A stretch of DNA of 64,000 nucleotides, from NCBI GenBank assembly GCA_020348445.1, contig CP070751.1, forward strand, positions 3,681,002-3,745,001, written 5' to 3'. Made by a program: the position numbers and the translations under genes. The stretch is from Thermoplasmata archaeon (GTDB lineage Archaea > Thermoplasmatota > Thermoplasmata > GCA-020350865). Below the pieces are notes generated by a model. It did no database searches and had not been told where the DNA came from. It saw only the letters and a list, made by a program, of their open reading frames with translations. Below, piece by piece: positions 21,901 through 34,500 of the stretch. Position 1 is the first letter of the stretch, and each line of letters opens with the position of its first letter.

Positions 21901-22346
21901 GGGATGATGAGGGCGATATGTTGGATTTGGGGAGAGAGGGGGCAAAGGAAGCCGAGAGTTCCCTTTTCATGTGTCCTTCATGTGGCGCTTTTGTGAGCGA
22001 AACCGCGACAAAATGCAATAGCTGTGGTTATGATTTCGAATCTGAAGAAACAGAATTGATAGAAGAGGTCGAGGAGGTTGAAGAGGAAGAAGAATTTGAG
22101 GAACAAAAGGAAGATAAGGAGATATCAGAAGGGCGACCAAAGGATGAAATAATCAAAGATCTGATGAACATATCTGGTATCGGCCTTTCAAAGGCCAATG
22201 CTTTGTATGAAGCAGGTTTTCGAAGTATCGACGATTTGAGAGAGGCTCCAGTAACTGACTTGGCAGAGGTAAAGGGAATCGGTCGTACCCTCGCTAAAAT
22301 CATAAAAAAACGACTGGAGAGTAAGAAATTCAAGGAGGGGGAATGA
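18906..22346 (+). CDS. Multidomain protein: Mrr-like nuclease fold, TPRs, coiled coil, TPRs, zinc ribbon, HhH
   Basis: FEELVNKLM...FFSTSSVSEDARLYAKEFDVEIVD (Mrr_cat-like); TPRs; CPSCG...CNSCG; ISGIGLSKANALYEAGF...VKGIGRTLA. Confidence 0.85.
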   Translation: MIDLEKKIAEKNMPNAGFVNALNRMGSDTFEELVNKLMGFLGLEIIAGNFVDDICDIKARVGDKVKDADFPLYLIRMYRRGNTVSPEDLQDFVGQGRDGDEGLMFFSTSSVSEDARLYAKEFDVEIVDNKALAAILKKSYLLHELLTYRDREILREEKGRYLPSIDELENIIESGNRAFAKRDYYDALSYFKKATDLKPNYDAAWYMKGLIFNNLKRYQEALEAFMKALESNIENEEAWYSLGLVLYSLGRYDEELECYDKAIELKKNFFSAWNNKGTTLLQLERYEEAIECYDEILRQNRNFKMALNNKGIALKKMKRTDEALECFTEAIKIDANYQDAWFNKGQILLDSKRYKEAYHCFERVLAFNPDNIQGLYGKGRSLEGVGQFSRAIECYGRIITIDARFYAAKRRKKKAQKSLEQKGDSPIDEDFFKIDLGMQDVFQIMPHIPEKERILVEKTVSIPEVSLKEVESKLEPTFVSEPEPKPDIKEVVSEEKKPLPERQALTAEAKALSDMRQKLEEKELELIQMEDWLKDKYETFKKERHERDASAENFVREREVLQSEREALKREKAKLIGQTKGVAKAKENISVIESALYEKEEELTKRYEEIEKNNEKILQREKELETAALKLKKRQEDLEMQAKILMDKERSLREDARIHMEVGTEEKQVFDFVSEVEEPGEKEQMAEEEPEEIEMDVEIEGVEEEVEPKVKGIEPEPQVVAEEGIRELFIEGETVLDREVLALYSLRRFDEVDERITQSFQQGFESKLLWILKGNILREKRQLDEASSCYENALKLDQNYIITLVNLMSINYERGGYEEAYNWCKKILAHRPKDEKFLLEKALLEAKFGQIDEAISTIDSILEINNKLEGVWNLKGMIMYNLNRDDEAMACFDRVLHINSTNYTALNNKGVLLYHGKKLDEAVECFDSALEIAPNKRILENKDAILKELDQMKEEEEVGEEHAEPGIISTLLGEIAKPEQIGEGDVTQDLEIEESKAVGDDEGDMLDLGREGAKEAESSLFMCPSCGAFVSETATKCNSCGYDFESEETELIEEVEEVEEEEEFEEQKEDKEISEGRPKDEIIKDLMNISGIGLSKANALYEAGFRSIDDLREAPVTDLAEVKGIGRTLAKIIKKRLESKKFKEGE

Positions 22347-22374
22347 CCAGTAAAGCAAGACGTGGTGAAATAAA

Positions 22375-23253
22375 ATGACAGAATTCAAGGAAATAATGAA
22401 AAAAATGTGTGTAATCGGTGAGGCAGCTGCAGGAAAAACAAGCCTGATACGAAGGTTCGTGGTGGACAAATTCGACGATAAATACATTGTCACCATTGGG
22501 ACGAAGACCTCCAAAAAGATATTGACAATCAAAGACAAAGATGTCAATGTGAGCCTTAAATTGATGATTTGGGACATACTTGGCCAGAGTCATTTTGAAA
22601 AGCTAAAGCAATCGGCTTTTAAAGGCTCAAATGGAGCTTTTATTGTGTTGGATCTAACAAGAAAGGAAACCCTAGAGTCATTCGAGAAATGGCTTTCGTC
22701 ACTGTATAACGTGGTTCCAGGGATTCCTGTGATCATACTGGCCAATAAGAACGATTTGAAGATGGAATTTGGAGCCCAGGAGATTGAAGACCTCGTCAAG
22801 GACTATGGATTCCCGTATTATCTCACAAGCGCAAAAACAGGGGAGAATGTAAATGATGCCTTCTATACCATTGGAAAAATGATGATCGAGGGTTGGAAAT
22901 GTGCAGAAACGCAACCTTCATCTGAGATAAAAGAGGTCGCAGAAGAGCTTATCGATGAAGAAATGGTGCTGGATAAAGAGCTCACCGCAATAGAAGTTGA
23001 GGATATAATCATGGCGAGATATTGTGAGCTTCTCGAGGATCCAGAGTATGCAATGGCCATAATAAGGGAGCAATTTAAAAGAGCGGATGTGGATTTTAGG
23101 AATCCCACTCCACAGGGTCTTTTGAGGGTTGTGGAATTTATAATAAATGCTGCCGCAGATCAGGTCGAGGCCAGTAGGTTAAAGCATGAGAAGAAAACAT
23201 ATTCCGATCTGATCAGGATGATAGACCGACAAGATACTATCACCATAAGGTAA
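22375..23253 (+). CDS. Rab-like small GTPase 1 with C-terminal helical domain
   Basis: G1 GEAAAGKT, G2 TIG, G3 WDILGQ, G4 NKND, G5 TSAK. Confidence 0.92.
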   Translation: MTEFKEIMKKMCVIGEAAAGKTSLIRRFVVDKFDDKYIVTIGTKTSKKILTIKDKDVNVSLKLMIWDILGQSHFEKLKQSAFKGSNGAFIVLDLTRKETLESFEKWLSSLYNVVPGIPVIILANKNDLKMEFGAQEIEDLVKDYGFPYYLTSAKTGENVNDAFYTIGKMMIEGWKCAETQPSSEIKEVAEELIDEEMVLDKELTAIEVEDIIMARYCELLEDPEYAMAIIREQFKRADVDFRNPTPQGLLRVVEFIINAAADQVEASRLKHEKKTYSDLIRMIDRQDTITIR

Positions 23254-23285
23254 GATGATAATGCTTTGGTGCGGTGGTGATTAGC

Positions 23286-24116
23286 ATGAAGGAATATAAT
23301 AAGAAGCTCATTCTCCTAGGCGACGCAGCAGTGGGAAAAACAAGCCTTATTAGAAGGCTTGTCGTGGACCAATTTGACGATAAATATATATCGACTATAG
23401 GAACAAAAATCACCGCAAAAGAGCTACAAATCACAATTGATGAGGCAATAACCTACTTAAAGCTTCAAATCTGGGATATACTGGGTCAGAAGGGTTATAC
23501 AAAACTGCATCATAACAGCTTTCGCGGAACCAATGGTGTCTTTATGGTGGCAGACATAACAAGAAAGGATACTTTGCAAAGCCTCAAGAGCTATTGGATT
23601 CCAGAGGTGGAAAACCTAGTTGGTTCTGTCCCTTTTATCATATTGGCAAACAAATCCGATCTTATTGAACGCGCAGAATTTAATGAAAGCGAATTAAGGG
23701 AATTTGCATCCAAATACAAGGTACCATTCTATCTTACCAGTGCAAAAAACGGTGAGAATGTGAATAGAGCATTTCATAGACTTGGGGAAAGAATGTTAAA
23801 ATCCAAAGAAGCTGAGCCTGTAAAGCCTTTTATGCCAGTGGAAATTGAAATAGAAAAGAACGAGATCATAGAGCTTATTGACAGATTAATAGATGATTTT
23901 TGCAGGGAATATGGTAATCCTGAAGGGGCAATGCCTATTTTAAGAAAACAGTTCGAACTCGCAAAGTTCGATCCCAACCACCCAACACAGGAGGCCATAA
24001 TATCGGCTATTGAGAGATTGGCGAGTTTTGAGATGGGCTTCAAGAAGAAGGAGATTGCAGAGACAAATCTCCTAAAAAGACTCAGGTGGATCAAAGAAGT
24101 CAAATGGAATGGATGA
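23286..24116 (+). CDS. Rab-like small GTPase 2 with C-terminal helical domain
   Basis: GDAAVGKT, KLQIWDILGQ, NKSD, TSAK; ATG 23286 lies 5 nt after GGTGA (the track ORF starts at 23274). Confidence 0.92.
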   Translation: MKEYNKKLILLGDAAVGKTSLIRRLVVDQFDDKYISTIGTKITAKELQITIDEAITYLKLQIWDILGQKGYTKLHHNSFRGTNGVFMVADITRKDTLQSLKSYWIPEVENLVGSVPFIILANKSDLIERAEFNESELREFASKYKVPFYLTSAKNGENVNRAFHRLGERMLKSKEAEPVKPFMPVEIEIEKNEIIELIDRLIDDFCREYGNPEGAMPILRKQFELAKFDPNHPTQEAIISAIERLASFEMGFKKKEIAETNLLKRLRWIKEVKWNG

Positions 24117-24366
24117 TACAATATTCATTTCTTGGTAAGAATTTTCAAATAATTTCACTGATATTTTTAAAGGTATCATTATTTCCTTATTCTTTATTAT
24201 CAAACCTGATTTTATAGACAAAAATATTTAATCGACTTCTGTCTGTATTAAATATTGTAATCCTATATTGAATGATTTGGGTAATTAAACACAGGCAAAC
24301 AAGATGATATTTATCTTTGACATCAAACATGTCAATTGCATAAGAAAACCTTCCTGAGGCATTAAA

Positions 24367-25221
24367 ATGACTGAAGTTATTGAGATTATGAAGAAGATGT
24401 GTGTAATTGGTGAGACATCAGTGGGCAAGACAAGCCTGATACGAAGGTTCGTGATTGACAAATTCGATGACAAATACATAGTCACCATCGGCACAAAAAC
24501 CTCCAAAAAAATACTGACTATCAGAGCTGATGATGCCAATGTGAATCTAAAATTGATGATCTGGGATATACTTGGCCAGAGTCACTTTGAAAATATTAAG
24601 GAGTCCGCTTTCAAGGGTACAAACGGAGCCTTTATTGTATTGGACCTCACAAGAAGAGAGACCTTAGAGTCATTTGATAGATGGCTCTCATCACTTTATA
24701 ATGTGGCCTATGGGATTCCCGTTATTGTATTGGCCAATAAGAGCGATTTACAGGTGGAATTTAGAGAGAGCGACGTTGAAGCACTCGTTAGGGATTATGG
24801 ATACCCGTATTTTATAACGAGTGCAAAAACTGGGGAGAATGTGAACAATGCATTCTACACCCTTGGGAAAATGATGGTCGAGGGTTGGAGATGTGAAGCC
24901 GTCCAATCCCTGTCCAAACCGGCTAGAACAACTGATGAGATAATCGAGGGCAACATGAATCTGGACAGAAAGCTTTCGGCAATAGATGTTGAAGACATAA
25001 TCATGGCAAGATACTGTGAACTTCTTGATGATCCGGAATTTGCTATGGCTATACTAAGAGAGCAATTCAACAGGGCAAATGTGGACTTTCGGAATCCAAC
25101 ACCAGAGGAGCTTTTGAAAGTTGTGGATTACATTATAGAAGCGGCCTCGAACCAGGTTGAGGCCTCTCGTTTAGAGAGGGAGAGGAAGGCCTATTCAACT
25201 CTCATCAGGATGATCAACTGA
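24367..25221 (+). CDS. Rab-like small GTPase 3, close paralog of GTPase 1
   Basis: GETSVGKT, WDILGQ, NKSD, TSAK; long stretches identical to 22375-23253. Confidence 0.92.
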   Translation: MTEVIEIMKKMCVIGETSVGKTSLIRRFVIDKFDDKYIVTIGTKTSKKILTIRADDANVNLKLMIWDILGQSHFENIKESAFKGTNGAFIVLDLTRRETLESFDRWLSSLYNVAYGIPVIVLANKSDLQVEFRESDVEALVRDYGYPYFITSAKTGENVNNAFYTLGKMMVEGWRCEAVQSLSKPARTTDEIIEGNMNLDRKLSAIDVEDIIMARYCELLDDPEFAMAILREQFNRANVDFRNPTPEELLKVVDYIIEAASNQVEASRLERERKAYSTLIRMIN

Positions 25222-25547
25222 GAATGCGATTTGGGATATAAAACCTGTATATTTTTTTTGAACGATTCCAATAATTACGTTAAATATCATTGTTGAGAAT
25301 TGATGTTGATAATTAAGAAAAAGAATTTTAATATTTGTACAGGGTAAGTTATTGTACATTAATAGTCGGATAGGTAGAACTCTCGAATCCTTCGATTATA
25401 TCGACGCCAGATAAAATATGTTTATTCGGATGAAGAAAAAATAATATGGTTAGAGAATTAGAGGAAAACGTATTTCCATTTGAGAACGATAATTGATCAA
25501 GGGAAAATTGAAAGCACAGATAATACCCAGCTCATTTAAAACACTCC

Positions 25548-28500
25548 ATGGGTCGATACGCGATGATACAAAATACAAAAAAGCCCCATAAAAATGCCAT
25601 AATCAAGATTATCTTAATGACTTTGGTACTCAGCAATGTAGTGATTCTTCCAATTTATCAACAAGTTCAGGCAAAAGAGCACTTGATAGAGGAGAACGAT
25701 GAAGAGGGAGTGGGGCAGGGGCTAGCTATTTATTCTAACTATAGACTGGCTCAGTGCTTTAATGCCACCAGTAATTATACCCTGAAAAGGGTGAGCCTTT
25801 TTGTAAATGATGAGGGTAGTATGGAGAGTACACTGGGTGTACAAATCTATGATAACGATGATAAGAGTGATGGGATTTCCGACAATGATGTACCTAATTC
25901 TTCAATTAGTCCTATGGTTGGTAACAACGGCCCTAATAATGAATTTACCTGGCTGGATTTTAAGTATTCGGTTCCCTTGACTGAGGGAGAGAGGTATTGG
26001 ATCGTGGCAGATTGTGGAGGTCCTGAGGGTGATGGTTACAGATGGAAGGATTCTGAGAATGATTCATATTCAGGTGGATATATCGCAAAGGAAGGCAATC
26101 CTGATTGGATTCTAGATACCTCCAACGACCTGATGTTCAGAGTTTTTGGGGAGTACGACAACGATGTTGGCGTGGAAGAAATAATAGCTCCTGAGCTACA
26201 GGAGTTGTACTTGGAGGCCAATGTCACAGCTATAATAATGAATTACGGTGTGAGCTCCCAGAGTGGCTTTGATGTGAGGTGCACTATATTGGCTCCAAAT
26301 GGTTCTGAGATATTGAATGACACAGAGACAATTGATACCTTGGGTTCTGACAAGATGACTGGATTAACTTGGTTCTTTACTCCTGTAGTTGAGGGCGTCT
26401 ATGCGATTACGGTAACAACACTTTTGGAAGGAGACGAATATAATATCAACAACGCAATAAGCATGAATATGAATGTTCAGAAAATGGCTGTACTTAAGCT
26501 TCACGCACCAATCGAAGTCACTGATAATTATGGCAACTGGCATGGGGATAAAGTACCTACAAATGACACCTGGCATACGAGCAGAAGGGAATTTATATGG
26601 AATGACACAGTCGGTGATGATAACGGCGATGGAGATTATACCTATCCAAATAGTACCCAATTCGAAGCCGGTTGTCTGGATATCACTGAATTTCGAGTGG
26701 CTGTGGATTATAATCGCCTCAATTTTAGAATTGAATTTGGAAGCATCGACGACGGCGTTGGAGATGGTTCAGATGGTTGGTTGGGTTTCAGCGAGCAGAT
26801 CATCGAGATTCTGATAGATACTGACAGGGACGGCACTGGCAGAGACGATACAATAAGGAACGCCAGACTTAAATTGGATAAGAGCATAGGATGGGAATAT
26901 GCACTCTGGGTAAATGGATGGAATGATGGGTACATCTTGGATGAGTCCGGGAATATGCCATTTGGTGTGCTAGCACAGGGCTCGCCTGAAACCAATGCAG
27001 TGCAAATCTCATTACCTTTATCTAACGGATTTTCTCCCGATTTCGAGGTTTGGAGATATGTGGTTCTTGTAGGGGCCCATCATAACAAAAGTCTCCCTTT
27101 TAATGTCCACGGCAGTAGATGCGGTTTTATGAGGGTAGATTCGCAAAATTCTACAGTCAGCGGAGGAGGAGGTGAGGATAAAAACGGCGCGGATTCCAAT
27201 GTCTATGATATGGTATTTGCATCTTTACAAAGCTCGCAGCTTGATGATTATGGAAGTGAAGATATATTATTAACAGAATTTACTGATACCATGGGCATGT
27301 CCGGTAGTGATATTTCAAGTTCCGAGTGGTGGGCCCAATCATTTACAGCCCCGTTCACCTGTCTGCTCTCTTCTGTGGATATCTTTGCTAAGGATGTTGC
27401 TCCAGACTCGATTATGATGGGGATAACGATATATGACAATAATGATATGGACAATTTTAATCCTGATGATGATTTACCGGGTTGGACGTGGTTATCTTCA
27501 ATAAATGGTACGGATTTTGGGACAGAATATGAATGGAAAAACGTGGAATTCTCAAATCCACCTGTAATCAGAGGTGGTGAGACATATTGGATAGTAGCAA
27601 AAAGTATGGATGAGTCTGGGAAAGGATACAAGTGGGGAAAGAATCAGAATACTCCCTGGGGCGGTGGTCATAGTGCAAGTTGGCATGGCAGTGACTGGCA
27701 ATTGGAAGATGGTGATATGCTGTTTCGGGCCTATTTTAGGAAATTGACAACAATCGATGCCCATCAACCGATATATTTTGCACCCATAGTTATCAACGAG
27801 ATTTATGTGAATGGCTCAGCTGATAAAGAATGGATCAATATCTTATATGATGGAACAGACTATGCTCCTCCATACTTGGATATGAACAATTGGACTTTAA
27901 CAGATCAGGATGGAAATATTTTTCAATTTGAGGATTTTACATTATACAACTACGATAGTGTCACAGTCCATTCCGGCTTTGGGGCAGACAGCGAAACCGA
28001 TCTTTTCTGGGGTAAATCTGTAGGGGTATGGGACGATTTCGGCGATGATGTTTTGCTCAATTCAAACTTTATCGTACCTGTAGATTTTATGAACTACACC
28101 GATGGCAACGAATTTGGCAATGATCCTCCTGTTGGAATGAATTGGGGGCCAGAAGACAACGAGAACCTTCCTATAAATCCTCACCGTCTCCAAAAGCTAT
28201 CCTTGAAAGTCGAAGGTGGAGATTACGATTTCTACAGGGATTGGGAGTTCGTTGCATTGGGTAATGTACAAGACAAAACCCTGTATTTTTTTGATGACGG
28301 AACTTTCGATTCACAAGATCCACATGATTTTATGAATACCACACCACCAATAAAAGTTGAAGTCTTAGATTTTGACGGGGATGGGAATCCTGGCTTAACA
28401 TTGAATAAATCTGCCCCACCTACAGATCCTCAAAGGTATCAGGAATTCAACCTCACACCCGTTCTGGCAATGGATTTCAAAATTGTTGATAATGTTTTAA

Positions 28501-31500
28501 TAGACCTCTGGTTTTTTGATTATGAAACAGGAGGAAAGGAAGCTCTTAAGGTAACGTTATATGATTGCAACACGACAATAAAAAAAGAGATTGCTAACGA
28601 AACAATATCATTTATCCTTGAGGATTCGGCGCAATGGTCGTTGATAAATATAATCATTTTTGATTTGGATTATACATTACGTAGTGGTCATTACCTAACT
28701 TTCCGTGTGATGATAGATTCATCATCAGAAAATGATCTAGTGCTGGCCTATAATTCCACAGAAGTACCCTCATGCATAAGAACCATCCCAACACGAACCT
28801 TTGTCAATGTGGATTGGGCTAAGACATATAACACCCTAGGACAAGAAAGTACGAGCTTTTCGATTGGTGAAGATGTAATAATCAAGGCGAATGTCTCGGA
28901 TCCTTTGGGCTCTTATGATATTTTTGGTGCGTACATTTCCATTACTCCACCAGGGGCGGGTTTGGAAGGTGCAGAAAAACCAATGACCTTGAAGATTACA
29001 GATCCAAGTAATCCATCAGCTTGGAAGTTATTCAATTATACATACAAGAATGCCAATAAAGCTGGCGAGTACACAGTGAGAATCAAGGGGATAGAATCAA
29101 ATGGTGTTATACATACCATCACAATATATTTCTATATCCTGAGAAATGAAAAACCGCAGCTTACAAACAAATCCCTCATTCCTTCCTCGGGTCTTGCATC
29201 AACGAGCTTCAATTTTACAATCAATTATACAGATTTAGAAAACCATCCCCCCGGTATTGTGACTGTGAATATCACGGGTCGTGGTACCTTCAAAATGGAT
29301 CCCCTGGACCCAGATGACGATAACTATACTGATGGAAATCTGTATTTTATAAATCTCACAGGCTTTGTGAACGGCACTTCATATTCTTATCATTTTGCAG
29401 CCAACGATTCAAAGGGCCTCTGGAACTATACCGACCCGTTCAATGGACCGTATGTATATAATACGCCGCCTGTACTTTCAGATTGGGGTCTAGATCCACC
29501 CGAAGGCTATGCCTCAACTGGATTCAATTTTACAGTTAAATACACAGATATAGACAACCAGACTGGAGTTGTCAAAGTGAATATCACTGGTTCTTCACCA
29601 CATGCAGGTAGTTATGAAATGCTTGAGGTTGACCCATATGATACAAATCGCACCGATGGTAAGTTGTATTATTTCAATTACACAGGTTTTTATAATGGCT
29701 CCTACAAACATCAATTTGCAGCATGTGATTCACAGACTTGGGTTAATACCTCGGAGTTATCGGGCCCGCATGTAATGAACACACCTCCATATTTCCGTAA
29801 AGGAAAGGTTTTACCAATAGAGGGTTATATCACGACAGAGTTCAAATACAGTGTTTTTTACTTTGATTTGGACAACCAGGCCCCAGGTAATATTACAGTG
29901 AATATCTCAGGACCATGGCATGCAGGCAGCTGGAAGATGATTGAGAAGGATACCCTAGATGAGTACTATGTAGACGGTAAGGAGTACTATTACACTTACA
30001 CTGGCCTTAAAATCGGCTCCTATTCATTTCATATTTGGGCCAACGACTCTCAAGGTTTAGGGGCCAACACCTCTGAGAGAGACGAACCCATTATACATAA
30101 TACTCGCCCAACACTTTCTGGTCATAATCTAAATCCCAAAGCCGGTGATGTTGGCGCTTACTTCAATTATACTGTAATTTATACTGACCTAGACAATCAA
30201 ACCGCAGGCAACATCACAGTAAATATTACAGGTCCCTCTTATGCAGAGAACCTCACGATGAATGCATTCGATCCTTTAGACACGAATTACACAGACGGTA
30301 AATTCTATTACCTCAATATTACATTATCCAATGAGGGAACCTATAACTACACCATCTATGCCAACGATTCAGACGGATTATGGGCGATTCCTATATTTGA
30401 TAGTGGCCCAAATGTGGGTAGCGATGCACCACCTCTGCTAACCCAGCCCATGGTGAATCCCGAGACAGGTTTTACCACAACGTGGTTCAATTTCACAGTG
30501 AACTTCACAGACTTTCAAAATGATTCAGCAGATGTTATTTTATTGAATCTATCAGGACCTTCTGGTGGTTTATTTACCATGTTCGAGGTGGATACAAGCG
30601 ACATGACCACAGAAGATGGTAAATACTTTTATCGTAATATTACCTGGTTAGAGAAAGGTATTTATTCATTCTATGTGGAAGGCAACGATACAAATGGTAA
30701 TTCTACTCAAAGCGCTGAGAGATATGTGCCCTTGGTAAAGAATACCCCTCATGAGTTGCTAGGAAGTTGCATCAACCAAAGTGAATACGGAGGCAGTTGG
30801 TTCAATTTTTCACTGGTTTATGTGGATACTGACAACGATCCGGCTGGCAGCGTGAATATCAACATTTCTGGTGTAGGTAATGTTACTATGTTAGAACTCG
30901 ATCCTTCTGATGTTATTTTTAGTGATGGTAAGGAGTACTATTACAACACAACTTTTTCAAAAGGGTCGTACTCATATCGCTTTGAGGCCAATGATACAGG
31001 TTTTAACAGGGTATGGAACTACACGACATTTGAGGATTTTACCCTCATAAACAACATACCAATTTTTTTATTACAAGATGTGACACCCCCAACAGGTTTT
31101 GGAGGAGAATATTTCAATTTCACTGTCACGGTTTTGGATTTTGACGGCGACACTCTTGAGGTATTACTTCACATCCAAGGAGATCCTGCAAGTCCTTATA
31201 CCATGCTAGAAGCAGATATGGCTGATACTGATACTACAGACGGTAAGATCTACTTCTATAACCTATCCTTTGAAAGAGGATCCTATAATTACACTTTCTC
31301 TGTTTATGATGGTGAGGAGCCTAATCAAACCAGCCCACTAACACTGATTGTGAAAAACAATCCGCCAGCGATAACCACCTCAGACATTACAAGCACCGAT
31401 GAAGACGATCTATACAGTGTGGACTACGATAACATCGACCTCGATGGAGATATAGTTACCTGGATACTAGATACGAATGCCACATGGCTCAATATAGATT

Positions 31501-34500
31501 CGGACACTGGTGTTTTAGAAGGCACCCCTACGAACCTTGAAGTTGGAAGTTACTATGTAAATGTCAGTGTGGATGATGGGTTTGGTGGTATCGACTTCCA
31601 TAATTTCACCTTGTATGTGATAAATACCCTACCACAATTTACCACGATACCAGATGAATATGCCCAGGAAGATTTCCTTCACCTGGATGATTTTAACTGT
31701 ATCGACGATGGACAAGGCAATATCGTATACTCTCTTCTTACAAATGCTTCTCGGCTTTCTCTTCATCCAGTAACAGGGCTTTTAAGTGGAACACCAGATA
31801 ACACAAATGTGGGATCTTATTGGGTGAAAGTCAGCGTAGATGATGGAAATGGGGGTATCGTTTCTGTAAACTATACACTCTGGGTAAATAACACCCCCCC
31901 GACAATTACCACAGATCCAGATCAAGTGGCAATCGAGGATTCATTACATCTCAACGATTTCACTTGCGATGATGATGGGGAGGGTGATATCACTTATTCA
32001 TTGGAGACAAACGCCACATGGCTCAACTTGAATCCCTCAACTGGAATTCTGAGCGGGATACCAAATAATACTCATGTGGGATCATACTGGGTCAATGTTT
32101 CGGTGGATGATGGAAACGGTGGAAAGGATTTCGTGAACTATTCCCTTTCTGTTCTGAACGTACAACCTATTATTACAATAACACCAGATGTTACAGCCCA
32201 GGAGGATTTTTTACATTCTGATAATTTTGATTGTACCGATGAGGGTCAGGGAAATATCATATATTCCCTCACCACCGATGCGACATGGCTTATGATAAAT
32301 CCTTCGACAGGCCTTTTAAATGGAACACCCAATAACACCCATGTTGGCTTTTATTTTGTCAATGTCACTGTTAATGACGGAAACGGAGGAATTGACAATA
32401 TCAATTACACCATCACAGTTATAAACACTCTGCCAACCATAACTACCATTCCCATTCCTGTTGTGACTCAAGATATCCCCTATCATGATGATATTGATTG
32501 CAATGATGATGGCCAGGGTACAATTATATATTCAATTGCCACAAATGCCACATGGTTCTTTTTCAATTCCACTACAGGCGAATTAAATGGCACGCCAAAC
32601 AATACCCATCTTGGATCGTATTGGGTGAATGTGAGTGTGACAGACGGCAATGGAGGCATGGATTTTATAAATTATTCATTGACAGTGGATGATGTAAACG
32701 ATCCTCCGATTATTACTACAACAAATATCGAATTTGTAGATGAGGATTCCCTATATTCAGTTGATTACGAGTACATCGATATTGACGATCCAGTTATGAC
32801 ATGGTCCTTGTACACAAATTCCTCTTGGCTAGATATCGACACAAGTACAGGTGTACTGTCAGGAATCCCACAGAACGATGATGTGGGCTCGTGTTGGGTG
32901 AATGTAACTGTAAATGACGGACGAGGAGGAACCGACTACACCAACTTCACAATAACAGTGAGCAACACCCCTCCGTCCATAATAAATACCCCTATAGAAT
33001 TCACAGATGAAGATGACTTTCATTTGGATGATTTTAATTGTGACGACGATTTTCAAGGTAATATAGTCTATTCGTTTATAACAAATGCCACCTGGTTAAA
33101 TATCGATTCCTTGACTGGAATAATAAGTGGGACTTCAAACAACACCCTTGTTGGATGGTATTGGGTAAATGTATCTGTTGAAGATGGAAATGGTGGAAGA
33201 GATTCTAGGAATTATACTTTAACAGTGTACAATACACTTCCTTTGATAACCACTACACCAGAAGAGGAAGCGTTCGAGGATACTCTACACGCCGATTATT
33301 TCATGTGCATTGATGACGACCAGGGCAATATCGTTTATTCCATGAAAACAAATGCAACATGGCTTGGTTTTGTTGCCGATAAGGGCATATTAAGTGGAAC
33401 TCCATATAACACTGAAGTTGGATGGTATTGGGTCAATGTAACAGTTAACGATGGAAACGGGGGTGTGGATTCCCTTAATTATACATTGACAGTACATAAT
33501 GTGCATCCTAACATAACTACGATACCCGATGCCACTGCTTCGGAAGATATACTCCACTTGGATAACTTCGATTGCGACGACGATGGCCAGGGCAACATCA
33601 TATATTCACTTGCAAGCAATGCAACTTGGCTCAATATAGATCCCATATCTGGTGTTGTGAACGTGGTCCCAATTAATCTTTATGTGGGTGAGTACTTTGT
33701 CAATGTCTCGGTTTCTGATGGGAACGGTGGAATCGACTTTGTCAATTATTCTCTTACTGTTTTCAATACTCAACCGCATATTACCAACACACCTGATGAT
33801 TTCGCAATTGAGGACATGCTTCATATAGATGATTTTAATTGTGATGATGATGGTCAAGGAAACATCACATATTATCTTGTCACGAATGCAACGTGGCTTA
33901 ATATTGATCCTGTTGAAGGCATTTTAAGCGGCACTCCCGACAATTCTCATGTAGGTTGGTTTTGGATCAATGTCAGTGTTAATGACGGTAATGGGGGTAT
34001 TGATTACAGGAACTACACATTGAACGTGTCAGACGTCAATGATCCACCTGTTATCACCACAATAGATCTTGAGTTTGCCCTGGAGGATTCCCTTTACTAT
34101 GTGGACTATGAATACATAGATGTAGACGACACAGCAGTTTCATGGTACCGTGACTCAAATGCATCATGGCTTACCATAAACTCCCAAACTGGTGAGCTTT
34201 CCGGTATTCCTGAAAACCATGAGGTGGGATGGTGCTGGGTCAATGTGACAGTCGATGATGGCAGGGGAGGCATAGCATTCTCGAACTTCACGATCACTGT
34301 AAACAATACGCCCCCTGCGATTACCAATACACCAATTGAACTTGTTGATGAAGACTTGACGTTTTTGGATGATTTTAACAGCAATGATGACGATCAGGGC
34401 AACATAATATATTCCATGGATACAAATGCGACATGGTTTGATATTGACAACATATCGGGTGTTTTAAGTGGACTTCCCAACAATAATCATGTGGGATGGT

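Noticed and set aside
22375-25221. Roc-COR (ROCO) proteins or EF-Tu-like GTPases
   Set aside because: The tails are about 85 aa, far shorter than COR; there are no LRRs; the motifs are Ras/Rab-type
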